Below, piece by piece: positions 34,625 through 44,432 of a DNA stretch of 64,000 bases. The DNA comes from Longimicrobiales bacterium. GTDB lineage: Bacteria; Gemmatimonadota; Gemmatimonadetes; Longimicrobiales; Gaopeijiaceae. Numbering within the stretch: position 1 is the stretch's first letter; the number at the start of each line of letters is the position of its first letter. The stretch covers positions 192,001-256,000 of the forward strand of contig CBDFMQ010000002.1 of NCBI GenBank assembly GCA_965249725.1, read 5' to 3'. The notes under the pieces were generated by a model, which was not told where the DNA came from, did not search any database, and saw only the letters and a list, made by a program, of their open reading frames with translations. Made by a program: the position numbers and the translations under genes.

Positions 34625-36034
34625 TTGAGCGAACGGAAAACCAAGACCTTCGATCGGTCCCTCGTTGAAGGGCCGATCCGCGGTGCGGTGTGGAAGCTGG
34701 CTTGGCCCACGATGCTCCAGAACATCATCGGGGGCATGCAGGGCATCGTGGATCACGCCATGGTCGGCAACTACGTCGGCTATACCGGGAATGCCGCCAT
34801 CGGCGTCTCGTGGCAGATCTTCATCGTCGTCATGGTGTTCATCAGCTCACTCTTCACCGGGATGGGTGTGCTGGTGGCCCGCTTCACCGGGGCGAACGAG
34901 CCCGACAAGGTGGACCGGACCGTCTACCAGGCGTTTCTGACCTCGGTCTTCCTGGTCGTAGGGATCCTGGCTCCGATCGGCTACGTCGCTGCGCCGTCGC
35001 TTCTGGGGATGGTGAACGCCGCGCCGGAGGTGCAGATCGAAGCACTGCCGTACCTGCGGATCCTCTTCGTCTTCTCCTTCGGCATGCTGATGTTCTTCAT
35101 GCTGGGCGGGGCGCTCCGATCGGCGGGCGACGCGCAGACGCCTCTTCGTCTTGGCGTCGCGATGACCGTCCTGAACATCGTCCTCAACGTGATCCTGATC
35201 CGCGGCCTGGGCCCCATTCCGGCGTTCGGAACGAAGGGCGCCGCGATGGGCACGGTCATCGCCGGCGGCGTGGTCAGCGTCTACGCGTTGATCCAACTCT
35301 TCTCGGGCAAGTGGGTGGTGCACTTCCACAAAGGCATGAGCCTCAAGCCCGATTGGGTGATCATCCGTCAGCTCTTCCGCTTCGGACTGCCCACCGGAAT
35401 CCAGGGCATCGCCATGAACGTGGGCGGGGTCATTCTCCTCGGGTTTGTCGGATCGCTGGCGATGAGTGCGCAGGCTCAGGCGGCGTACGTGGTGAGCTAC
35501 ACTCAGCTCTTCTCGTTCATCACCTGGACATCGGTCGGCATCATGGGTGCCGCCGCCGCCGTCGCGGGCCAGAACCTGGGTGCGGGCCGACCCGACCGCA
35601 CGAGCAAAGCAGTTCACGTGGCGGCAGGCTTCGGTCTCATGCTCGCGGCGGGGATCGGCTCGACGTTCCTCGTGATTCCGACCCAGCTCCTGGGGATCTT
35701 CGGGATGGACGACCCCGTGGTCCAGGCGTTGGGCGTCCAGCTCCTGCGCTACCTCGCCGTCTCCGGGCTCTTCATCACCGTCGCCCTCGCGTTCACGGGA
35801 GGGCTACAAGGCACCGGTGATACCAAGAGTCCACTCTACATCTCGATCGTCTCCCAGATCGTGGTGCCTCTGGGAATATGCTTCACGATTCAGACCCTCT
35901 CGACGCTGGAGCCGGGTGACATCTGGCTCGCGATCGTGCTCGGGCACCTGACGCGGGCGACGTTGAGCGCCGTCGTGTTCAAGCGTGAAAAGTGGAAGCA
36001 AATCGAGGTAGAGATCGGGCCGGCGCAGGCCTAG
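34625..36034 (+). CDS. MATE family efflux transporter
   Basis: LAWPTM, LRSAGDAQTP, GQNLGAG, LQGTGDTKSP. Confidence 0.9.
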   Translation: MSERKTKTFDRSLVEGPIRGAVWKLAWPTMLQNIIGGMQGIVDHAMVGNYVGYTGNAAIGVSWQIFIVVMVFISSLFTGMGVLVARFTGANEPDKVDRTVYQAFLTSVFLVVGILAPIGYVAAPSLLGMVNAAPEVQIEALPYLRILFVFSFGMLMFFMLGGALRSAGDAQTPLRLGVAMTVLNIVLNVILIRGLGPIPAFGTKGAAMGTVIAGGVVSVYALIQLFSGKWVVHFHKGMSLKPDWVIIRQLFRFGLPTGIQGIAMNVGGVILLGFVGSLAMSAQAQAAYVVSYTQLFSFITWTSVGIMGAAAAVAGQNLGAGRPDRTSKAVHVAAGFGLMLAAGIGSTFLVIPTQLLGIFGMDDPVVQALGVQLLRYLAVSGLFITVALAFTGGLQGTGDTKSPLYISIVSQIVVPLGICFTIQTLSTLEPGDIWLAIVLGHLTRATLSAVVFKREKWKQIEVEIGPAQA

Positions 36035-36177
36035 AGGTCGGCTACCGGGACCACGCGAGCACCAAGCGGAAACCCCACCCACTGCATCTACGTAGGGCGG
36101 GACGAATTCGTCACTCGACGCCTACCCGGATCATCCCGGGGCCGAGGGATGTTCGTTACCCGAGTACAGGGACCGCC

Positions 36178-38610
36178 ATGGACTCGCTCCTGAAGGATTT
36201 CCGCTTCGCCGCCCGGATGCTCGTCAAGCAGCCGGGGCTCGCGTTCATCGCGATCGTCACGTTCTCGCTCGGCATCGGCCTCACCACGACGGTGTTCAGC
36301 ATCGTCAACGGGGCGCTCTACAAAGGACTTCCGTTCGAGGAGTCGGAGCGTATCGCTTGGGTGCACCGTAACAAGCCGTCCGAGAACATCGATAATATGG
36401 GCGTCACGGTTCCGGACTTCTTCGACTGGCAGGCTCGGCAGACCGCGTTCGAGAGCATGGCGGCCTTCAGCGGTGACGCGGTCAACCTGGCGGAGGGAGA
36501 GGGGCGCCCCGAGCGGTACCTCGGTGCACGGTTCACATCAGACATGCTCGACGTCCTGCAAGTTCAGCCCGTCGTGGGACGCGGCTTCCGTGCGGGCGAG
36601 GATCGCCCCGGCGCGGAGCCGGTCATTATTCTCGGTTACGACCTGTGGCAGGACCGTTTCGGGGGATCACCTGACATCCTTGGAGAGACGGTGCGCGCCA
36701 ACGGGATCGCGCGGACCGTGATCGGGGTCATGCCCGAGAAGTTCGGATTCCCCGAGAATCAGCAGGTGTGGCTGCCGCTGGAGCTCGACCCGACCCTGAC
36801 GGATCGGTCGGAGAACGCCGTCCGCTACACGGTGGTGGGAAGGCTCAATCCAAGTACGTCCATCGATGACGCGAAAGTCCAGATGGCGTCCATCGCGGCT
36901 CGCCTGGAGCAGGAGTACCCGGAGAGCAACGAGGGCATCGGAGTGGAGGTCAAGGCGTTCACGGAGCGCTTCCTAGGGCCTGAAATCTACGGACTGCTCT
37001 ATACCATGCTTGGTGCGGCGCTAGGAGTGCTGATCATCGCCTGCGTGAACGTGACCAATCTGCTCATGGCGCGTGCGTCGGTCCGGAGCCGAGAGGTGAC
37101 CGTGCGGGCCGCCCTGGGCGCGAGCCGCCGTCGCCTGATTCAGCAGCTGCTCAGCGAGGTGATGCTGCTCGCGTTGATCGGCGGTTCGATCGGCATCGGG
37201 ATGGCCTACCTCGGTGTGGGGTGGTTCACGAGATCGCTGGCATCGAATCCTCCGCCCTTCTGGATGTCGTTCGAGCTCGACCTCCCCGTCCTGCTCTTCG
37301 TGGTCTCGGTGACCACGCTGTCCGCTCTCGTTTCCGGCTTGGCTCCGGCGCTGCAGGCGTCCAAGGCGGACATCGCGGAAACGCTGAAGGACGAAGGACG
37401 CGGGTCTTCGAGTCTGAGTTCCGGCCGCTTCACGGGTAGCTTGGTCGTCGCCGAGGTCGCGGTTTCGTGTGGTCTGTTGATCGCCGCCGGGTTCATGATC
37501 AGCAGTGTGGCGAAGTTGAAGACCGTGGATATGCCGTTCGCCACGGATAACGTCTTCACGGCACGCATCAACCTGCCGGTGGTAGAGTACCCCGATACCT
37601 TGAGCCGGCTGCAGTTCTACTCGGAGCTTCTGCCGAAGTTGGCGGCTATCCCCGGGGTTGAAGCGGCAACACTCTCCGATGGGCTGCCCGCCTCGGGGAA
37701 TGGCAGTCGGGTATTCCATGTCGAAGGCGAGTCCTATGCCGCCGATACGGACTATCCGTCCGCCCGCGAGGGGATCGTGACGCCCGGGTACTTCCAGACA
37801 TTCGAAGTGGAGATCCTCCAGGGTCGCGCATTCAGCGTGAACGATCACTCGGAGGCTCAACCGGTGGCGATCGTCAACCGTTCGTTCCTCGAGAGGTTCT
37901 TTCCCGGCGGTGACCCCCTGGGGAGGAGAATCCGGATGGATCGCGAGGATACGGACGCCGAGTGGCTGACCGTGATCGGCGTGGTGCCGGACCTGTACAT
38001 GCAGGGCTTTGGAAACAACGATTCCAGCCCGGCCGGCTTCTACATTCCCATTGCGCAGAGTGGCGTAGCCAATTTCGTGAGCATCGCTGCCTACACTCAG
38101 GGTCCGCCGATGGCCAGCACCGCAGCGGTCCGTAAGGCCGTCATCGCCGTCGACCCCAACCTGCCCATCTTCGACGTGTTGGATATGCCGGGGGTGGTGG
38201 ATCGGTTCACGTGGTTCTACCAGGTGTTCGGCAAGCTCTTCATGGCGTTCGGCGCCGCAGCGCTCTTTTTGGCCTCGGTGGGACTCTACGGGGTGATGTC
38301 GTTCGCCGTGGCTCGCCGCACGCAGGAGATGGGCATCCGCATGGCCATGGGAGCCCAAGGGCGAGAGCTCGTACGGCTCATGATGAAGAAGGGAATCGGG
38401 CAGTTGGCCATCGGCTTGGTTGTCGGGTTGGGTATTGCCGCAGCGGCGGCGGGGCCGATTCAGATCGTGCTGTTCGAGGTCAACGCGCGTGATCCGATCA
38501 TCTTCGGAGCGGTTGTGGCCACTCTGGCGGCGGTCGGAATGCTCGCGAGCTTCATTCCGGCACGGCGCGTGACGACCGTGGATCCGGTTACCGCACTGAC
38601 GCCTCAGTAG
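36178..38610 (+). CDS. ADOP-type duplicated ABC permease
   Basis: MDSLLKDFRFAARML, RTQEMGIRMAMGA, PARRVTTVDP. Confidence 0.9.
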   Translation: MDSLLKDFRFAARMLVKQPGLAFIAIVTFSLGIGLTTTVFSIVNGALYKGLPFEESERIAWVHRNKPSENIDNMGVTVPDFFDWQARQTAFESMAAFSGDAVNLAEGEGRPERYLGARFTSDMLDVLQVQPVVGRGFRAGEDRPGAEPVIILGYDLWQDRFGGSPDILGETVRANGIARTVIGVMPEKFGFPENQQVWLPLELDPTLTDRSENAVRYTVVGRLNPSTSIDDAKVQMASIAARLEQEYPESNEGIGVEVKAFTERFLGPEIYGLLYTMLGAALGVLIIACVNVTNLLMARASVRSREVTVRAALGASRRRLIQQLLSEVMLLALIGGSIGIGMAYLGVGWFTRSLASNPPPFWMSFELDLPVLLFVVSVTTLSALVSGLAPALQASKADIAETLKDEGRGSSSLSSGRFTGSLVVAEVAVSCGLLIAAGFMISSVAKLKTVDMPFATDNVFTARINLPVVEYPDTLSRLQFYSELLPKLAAIPGVEAATLSDGLPASGNGSRVFHVEGESYAADTDYPSAREGIVTPGYFQTFEVEILQGRAFSVNDHSEAQPVAIVNRSFLERFFPGGDPLGRRIRMDREDTDAEWLTVIGVVPDLYMQGFGNNDSSPAGFYIPIAQSGVANFVSIAAYTQGPPMASTAAVRKAVIAVDPNLPIFDVLDMPGVVDRFTWFYQVFGKLFMAFGAAALFLASVGLYGVMSFAVARRTQEMGIRMAMGAQGRELVRLMMKKGIGQLAIGLVVGLGIAAAAAGPIQIVLFEVNARDPIIFGAVVATLAAVGMLASFIPARRVTTVDPVTALTPQ

Positions 38611-38629
38611 AGGAGAGCCATGCGGGCCG

Positions 38630-38869
38630 ATCCCCGAACGGATCGTCCGCTGGGGCCCCTTCACCGCGAACTCGGGTCGGTATGAGGTGAGTGGCGATCA
38701 GGTCACTCGGCGTGCGTACGTCGCGAAAAACCCGGGTGTGATGTCGGGCTTTCCGGAAAACGACATCGTGTACCAGTTCCACATCGCGGACGGCGGGAGT
38801 GTGCTCCATCTGATGTACGGAAACGGGACCACGTTGACCCTCCGACAGGTGGACGGCTCCGACATGTAG
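38630..38869 (+). pseudogene. Probable 5'-truncated gene remnant (lipocalin-like C-terminal half)
   Basis: Open frame PFTANSGRYEVSGDQVTRRAYVAKNP...TLTLRQVD has no proper start or signal peptide; the RBS+ATG at 38620 is in another frame. Confidence 0.35.
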
Positions 38870-39018
38870 GTCGGCGCCGTGTAGGGTTTCTGGTCATCGA
38901 AGGAGGGGGCGCGGCGCACCGGAATGCCGACTCGTCGCTTGCACGGAGGTCAAATCCTCCGGAGGTTGGGCAATGATCCGTCCCGCGACGGCAGCGTGCC
39001 CTTGATCCGGAGGTAGCT

Positions 39019-40383
39019 ATGCGAGCCAGCTTGTCAGCAGCCACGATGTCACTCTTGGGTGTCCTCACATTCCTCACCCCCGCCGAGACCTCCGCCCAGT
39101 ACGCTCCGGGCGAGCAGGGTAGCGACAATGTTCATATCGTCGCGCACGTGCCCCTGGCGGGCGCCCTACAGGTCGCCGACATCGAGGTCGAGCAGGATCT
39201 CGAGCGACCGTACGCCTACGTCTCCCGACGCACGACTCCGGCCGGCTTCCAGGTCATCGATTTCTCGGAGCCCGACAAGGCGGAGGTCATCTACGAGTGG
39301 TTCATCGAGAACGCCGAGCTCCACCGTGGAGACGGGCTGGACGGGAAGTACTTCAAGCTGAACGACCGCTACTACTACGCGCAGTCCATGATGTTCAGGC
39401 AGGCCGGGCCGGACCGTGATCTCGGCGCGGTCGTGTTCGACGTGACCGGACTGCCGGATCCCTCGGCGGTCCGTGAGGTGGGCCGCATCCGTGTGCCCGA
39501 CACCCCGGGCGGATTCCACAACCTCTTCGCGTACAAACACTCGACCGGACGGGTGCTGCTCTTCGCCACTACCGAGTCGCCCGAGTCGGTCCCTCACGGG
39601 GCCAACGTGTACGACATGGAGTTGTTCCTTCAGGGTGATCCCGACTACGGGTTGGTCTCACGCATTCCGCTCCCCGCGCCGCGTGGGGCGGGGCGCGGGT
39701 ATCATGATGCGTATGTGGCGTACGACGTGGCGACCGGTCAGGACAAATTCTACGGCGGCGGCCCGGAGACCACCTACCTGGGCGGGAACTACGTCTATGA
39801 CGTCACCGACATCGCGAACCCTCAACTCCTCGTCACTCAGCTGGCTGTCCACGGGCAGCAGTCGGGAGGTCACACTTGGGTGGCCACTCCCGATCACCGT
39901 TATGCCATCAGCGAGATGACGTCGCTGGCCCACGCCCCCCTACGGTTCTACGACTTGAAGCCGGCACTCGACGGCGACGTACCGGTCATCCGCGCGCCTA
40001 TCGGAGAGTGGACCCCCGACTGGAGAAAGTCGTCGCACAACATGGAGATCCGTTGGCCTTATGTGTTCGTGTCGGCCTACGAGGACGGGCTGCAGATCAT
40101 CAACATGCGGGACCCGACCAACCCCCGTACGGTGGGCTTCTACGACACCTACGACGAGGTCGTCCCTTATGTCGGGGGCGGCGTCGCGAACGGGGTGTTC
40201 GGGGTCGACGTACGCAACGCCGATGGTCTGATCGTGGTGAGCGACATGCACAGCGGCTTCTGGGCCTTCCGCATGGACGGCTTCAACGGCTGGAACGGAA
40301 ACCACTGGGGGATGCCGAACATCTCCAGCGTGCAGGACTGGGACAATGGGCCGCCGAGAGTGAGAGGCCTGGCGTTCGAGTAG
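39019..40383 (+). CDS. Secreted LVIVD-like beta-propeller protein (paralog 4, more divergent)
   Basis: GGFHN, GYHD, GGHT, SHNMEIRWP, GVDVRNADG, PNISSVQDW. Confidence 0.85.
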   Translation: MRASLSAATMSLLGVLTFLTPAETSAQYAPGEQGSDNVHIVAHVPLAGALQVADIEVEQDLERPYAYVSRRTTPAGFQVIDFSEPDKAEVIYEWFIENAELHRGDGLDGKYFKLNDRYYYAQSMMFRQAGPDRDLGAVVFDVTGLPDPSAVREVGRIRVPDTPGGFHNLFAYKHSTGRVLLFATTESPESVPHGANVYDMELFLQGDPDYGLVSRIPLPAPRGAGRGYHDAYVAYDVATGQDKFYGGGPETTYLGGNYVYDVTDIANPQLLVTQLAVHGQQSGGHTWVATPDHRYAISEMTSLAHAPLRFYDLKPALDGDVPVIRAPIGEWTPDWRKSSHNMEIRWPYVFVSAYEDGLQIINMRDPTNPRTVGFYDTYDEVVPYVGGGVANGVFGVDVRNADGLIVVSDMHSGFWAFRMDGFNGWNGNHWGMPNISSVQDWDNGPPRVRGLAFE

Positions 40384-40437
40384 GGAGGGGCCAGACGCAT
40401 AGGGAGATCCGCTCCCGGCTCCAGGGGCTCCCGGCGA

Positions 40438-41187
40438 CTACGCCGGGGGCCCTTCGCCGTTCGGACCCACCACCAATCGCTTCGCCAACGCACCGCTCTC
40501 CAGCAGTACGGGCCCTTGGGAGCGGAGGGCGCCCCGTAACCGCTGCCGCCACGAAGTCCGCTGGATCAGGACCAGTTGGATGTCAGGCTCGATCCCGTCC
40601 ACGACCACGAAGTGGATGTCGCCCAACTCCGTGGGGCGGGGTACCCGGTAGGTCTGTCCTTCCCACTCGAAGTCGATCGCTTCGAGGCTCTCGAACTCCT
40701 CCGACGTGAACACCCGTTCGACGTACACTTCGTCTTCCACTCGATAGACGCCCTCCGCCACGGGCTCACCCCACTGGAAGTACCAGGGGTCGAAGGGCTC
40801 GTCGCGCTCGCGCTTGAACGACTCGTCCATGGCATAGTCCATGGCTTCGAGCGCGTCCTCGTCGGCGAGTGACTCCAGATGGTGTTGAAGCTCGTGCGTG
40901 AGCGTCTCCCACAGCTCCTCCTCCCAGTCGAAGTCGGGGTCATCCCCGGCCATCTTCAGGAACGAGCCATAGTAGAGCACCACGCGTGAGCGGGTCGTGT
41001 CGGGGCTCTGCCAATCGGAGATGTGCCCCTGGGTGAGGCATTCGCCCAGGGTGACGACGCCCGGTAGCTCGGGGTGGGCCTCCGTCGCTTCCACGGTCGT
41101 CACGCCGTCGACCCCTTCACGGTACACAGGGGGAATACTCTGGAAGGCCTCCTGGGCCAGGCGGGAGAAGTCGTCGAAGGTCATCAC
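40438..41187 (-). CDS. Minimal zincin metallopeptidase family protein
   Basis: THELQHH (HExxH) after the VVLYYGSF segment. Confidence 0.7.
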   Translation of the reverse strand: MMTFDDFSRLAQEAFQSIPPVYREGVDGVTTVEATEAHPELPGVVTLGECLTQGHISDWQSPDTTRSRVVLYYGSFLKMAGDDPDFDWEEELWETLTHELQHHLESLADEDALEAMDYAMDESFKRERDEPFDPWYFQWGEPVAEGVYRVEDEVYVERVFTSEEFESLEAIDFEWEGQTYRVPRPTELGDIHFVVVDGIEPDIQLVLIQRTSWRQRLRGALRSQGPVLLESGALAKRLVVGPNGEGPPA

Positions 41188-41233
41188 GTGATCAGGTTGA
41201 CTGAGGGGGGGCGCAGCGTCAATTACTCAGATC

Positions 41234-41962
41234 ATGACCAAGAGCGACACCGGACACACAACAGCCCCCCTCATTGGGCTGACCACTTACCACCGGAACG
41301 GCGATCACAAGTTCGACCTTCCAGCAGAGTACGTGGATGCCGTACGGCGTGCAGGCGGAATCCCCGTATTGCTACCGCCCGGGGAGTCGCGCTGGGAAGA
41401 CGTGCTTCGACGCCTGGATGGAGTGATCCTCACCGGCGGCGGTGACATCTCACCGGAGACCTACGGCGGGAGCGACCATCCCAAGCTCTACATGGTCGAC
41501 GACGAGCGGGACGCCAGCGAACTCACGCTGGCTCGCAGGGCGGTGGACGCGGGGCTTCCGACTCTGGGCATCTGCAGGGGCACCCAGGTGCTCAACGTGG
41601 CACTGGGCGGCACGCTGGTGGAGCATCTTCCCGATGTGATGGGAGACGAGGTGGCCCACCGGACTCCACCTCGAGATCCGATTCACCATCCCGTGGCGGT
41701 CGAACCGGATTCGAAGCTCGCGGACGCGGTCGGAGAGCTGAACTTCGAGTGCGCGTCCTGGCACCATCAGGGCCTGAAGGACGTGGCGGACGGACTGCGG
41801 GTTGTGGCACACGCCCCGGACGGGACCATCGAGGCGGTAGAACTGCCGAGCCATCCCTGGCTCGTGGCAGTGCAGTGGCATCCGGAGCTGACGGCTGCGG
41901 ACGATCCGATTCAGCAGAGGCTGTTTGGGGCGTTGGCGGAGGCTGCGAGGAGGGAAGAATGA
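41234..41962 (+). CDS. Gamma-glutamyl-gamma-aminobutyrate hydrolase family (peptidase C26, PuuD-like)
   Basis: LTGGGD, LGICRGTQ, SWHHQ, AVQWHPE. Confidence 0.9.
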   Translation: MTKSDTGHTTAPLIGLTTYHRNGDHKFDLPAEYVDAVRRAGGIPVLLPPGESRWEDVLRRLDGVILTGGGDISPETYGGSDHPKLYMVDDERDASELTLARRAVDAGLPTLGICRGTQVLNVALGGTLVEHLPDVMGDEVAHRTPPRDPIHHPVAVEPDSKLADAVGELNFECASWHHQGLKDVADGLRVVAHAPDGTIEAVELPSHPWLVAVQWHPELTAADDPIQQRLFGALAEAARREE

Positions 41963-42435
41963 CGACGCGTACCTTGATCACCGTGGCGGTCTCGGCCGTG
42001 CTGGCCTGCGGTCCGCCCAGCCCTGATGCCGGGAGCGCCGGGGCCGGAACCGAGGGGTCCGCACAGAACTCCGTGTTGGCCGAGCTCGTGGTCCAGGCCG
42101 TCGAGTCCGCGATCCGCCAGTTCTATGTCGACGTCAACGCGTTCGATCATGAAGCTATCAGGGCGACGACCACGGCGGATTTCGAGTTCCTCGATGGTGG
42201 GCGACGCATGGACGGTGACGCGTTCGAGGCATTTCTGCGCGGGATCGAGAGTGGTGGCTCGACCCTCGACTTCGAGGTCTCCGAACTCAATACGGAGGTG
42301 GCGGGCGACGTGGCCTACGCGAGCTACCTGGCGTCGACGCCACGATCAGTGCTACTCGAAGCCAGTGTGTTGCGCAGGGCAGGGGAGCGCTGGCTCATCG
42401 ATCGTACCGTCTCGGCGGGCACTGTGCCTCAGTGA
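41959..42435 (+). CDS. NTF2/SnoaL-like lipoprotein
   Basis: Lipobox VLA-C; NTF2-like pattern ending LRRAGERWLI; ATGA coupling. Confidence 0.65.
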   Translation: MTTRTLITVAVSAVLACGPPSPDAGSAGAGTEGSAQNSVLAELVVQAVESAIRQFYVDVNAFDHEAIRATTTADFEFLDGGRRMDGDAFEAFLRGIESGGSTLDFEVSELNTEVAGDVAYASYLASTPRSVLLEASVLRRAGERWLIDRTVSAGTVPQ

Positions 42436-42613
42436 CACCCGTGTTCCGGCCGCGGCACGAGCTCCTCCCGATTCTGCCGACGATCGGCTTTCGCTGGGCG
42501 TTCTGAGGGACCTGACGGGCATTCTCCCTTTGCGGGCAGACGTCCTCGTCGCTTGACGGCGGCGGACTCAGGGACAGAAGTTGAGGGGTGCGACCTCGGA
42601 TGGAGGATGCCCA

Positions 42614-43489
42614 ATGAGTCAGAAGCATCGTGCAACTCGGATTTCGCCGGGCCCGGTAACGGTTGGCCTGGTTCTCGGGGTCCTACTTGCTTGGGCACCG
42701 CTCCGTGCCCAAGACCGTCCGGGACCTCTGCTCATCGGCTCCGGGGTCGCGTATCCGCCCTTCTCGAACGAGAACCCGACCGGCGGATACGAGGGCTTCT
42801 CATTCGACCTGGCATCTGAGGTCGCCGAGCGAATGGGACGGCCCGGCACGAAGCTGGTCATCCAAGACTTCGCGGTCATTTTCGATGGGCTCCTCACCCG
42901 TGACTTCGAGATGATCGTGACCCCGACCAACATTACTCCCGATCGGGCGCGCCGGGTGCTCTTCTCGGAAGGCTACATGGACACGGGGTTGGGCTTTCTC
43001 GTCTTCCGAGGTACCGAGGTTCGGGACGTCGCAGACCTGCGCGGCAAGACCCTGGCGGTACAGGTCAGCACCGTTTCGGACTCCTGGGCGAGCATCAACG
43101 AGGCCTGGCTCGGCTTCTCCATCCAGCGTTACGCTGAGAGCGGAGACGCGGTGAGCGCCGTCATCAACCGGGAGGCGTTCGCGAGCCTCTTGGATCTGTC
43201 CGCCGCGACCCACATGGCCCAACTGCTGGGGATCGTGGTGGTCGGCTACACCCTCCCGATCTCCGGCAAGTTCGGACTCGCCTTTCATCCGGACGACATC
43301 GAACTCCGTAAAGCCGCCGAGAATGCGCTCGAGTGCATGAAGCTGGACGGAACGCTGGCGGACCTGCACGAGAAGTGGTTCGGGTTCCGCGCCGGCGAGG
43401 ATACGGCCACCAACACGGTATACAATGGGTATGGCCACCCGGGGGTCGAGGGGTACGATGCCGAGTCGCACGTACCGCCCTGTTCGTGA
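42614..43489 (+). CDS. Polar amino-acid ABC substrate-binding protein (family 3), copy 1
   Basis: YPPFS, GFSFDLA, ITPDRARRVLFS, DGTLADLHEKWFG. Confidence 0.85.
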   Translation: MSQKHRATRISPGPVTVGLVLGVLLAWAPLRAQDRPGPLLIGSGVAYPPFSNENPTGGYEGFSFDLASEVAERMGRPGTKLVIQDFAVIFDGLLTRDFEMIVTPTNITPDRARRVLFSEGYMDTGLGFLVFRGTEVRDVADLRGKTLAVQVSTVSDSWASINEAWLGFSIQRYAESGDAVSAVINREAFASLLDLSAATHMAQLLGIVVVGYTLPISGKFGLAFHPDDIELRKAAENALECMKLDGTLADLHEKWFGFRAGEDTATNTVYNGYGHPGVEGYDAESHVPPCS

Positions 43490-43545
43490 GGCGGGGTGAG
43501 ATGTTGGGAACCCTCCAGGGACGACCTCAGACGGAGACTCCACTC

Positions 43546-44418
43546 ATGAGCATCAGGAATCGTGTAGGTCTGCACTGGTACGGTGTGGTGGCGGGCCTGC
43601 TCGTGGGGGCGCTGCTGCCGGGGGCTCCCCTCGGCGGGCAAGACCGCTCGGGGCCCTTGCTCATCGGGACGGGCACCGGGTACGCACCTTTCGTGATCGA
43701 GCTGCCTACGGGTGAATACGAGGGTCTCTCTTTCGATATGGCATCGGAGATCGCTGAACGAATCGGACGGCCGGGCGTCCGGCGGGTCTCACACAACCGC
43801 GTCGACATCTTCGACGCGCTGCTCGCCAGAGACTTCGAGATGACGGTCTCACCCACGAACATCACGCCCGACCGTGCTCGCCGCGTACTCTTCTCCGAAG
43901 GGTACATGGACACCGGACTGGGCTTTCTCGTCTTCCAGGGCACCGAGATTCGGGACATCACGGATCTACGCGGCAAGACGTTGGCGGTGGGGGCCGGAAG
44001 CGTATCCGACACCTGGGCCACCCTCAACGAGGCGTGGCTCGGATTCTCCGTTCAGCGGTACGATGAGACCGGCGAGGCGGTGAGTGCCGTGATCAACCGG
44101 GGGGTGTTTGCGAGCCTGTCCGATCTCCCCAGGGCCACGCATGCGGCCAAAGAGTTGGGGCTCATCAGCGTCGCGTTTAGCCTTCCGATCGCCGGCGCCT
44201 TCGGGCTCGCCTTCCATCCTGACGACGTCGGCCTCCGCAAGGAAGTCGAGAATGCGCTCGAGTGCATGAAGCTGGACGGGACGCTTGCCGACCTCCACGA
44301 GAAGTGGTTTGGGTTTCGTGCGGGAGAAGACAGCGCCATCCACACGGTCAAGGCGGGCTACGGTGACCCGGGGGTCAACGGGTACGATCCTCAGTCGCAC
44401 GTGCCGCGCTGCCCCTGA
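43546..44418 (+). CDS. Polar amino-acid ABC substrate-binding protein (family 3), copy 2
   Basis: Close tandem paralog of 42614..43489. Confidence 0.85.
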   Translation: MSIRNRVGLHWYGVVAGLLVGALLPGAPLGGQDRSGPLLIGTGTGYAPFVIELPTGEYEGLSFDMASEIAERIGRPGVRRVSHNRVDIFDALLARDFEMTVSPTNITPDRARRVLFSEGYMDTGLGFLVFQGTEIRDITDLRGKTLAVGAGSVSDTWATLNEAWLGFSVQRYDETGEAVSAVINRGVFASLSDLPRATHAAKELGLISVAFSLPIAGAFGLAFHPDDVGLRKEVENALECMKLDGTLADLHEKWFGFRAGEDSAIHTVKAGYGDPGVNGYDPQSHVPRCP

Positions 44419-44432
44419 GGGAAATTGAGCCG

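Noticed and set aside
37021..38664. Long antisense/alternate-frame ORFs (also 21489..22991, 15539..16711, 29254..30519, 43966..45330, 52527..53984)
   Set aside because: Shadow ORFs expected from high-GC codon bias opposite or within well-supported genes; no recognisable motifs.
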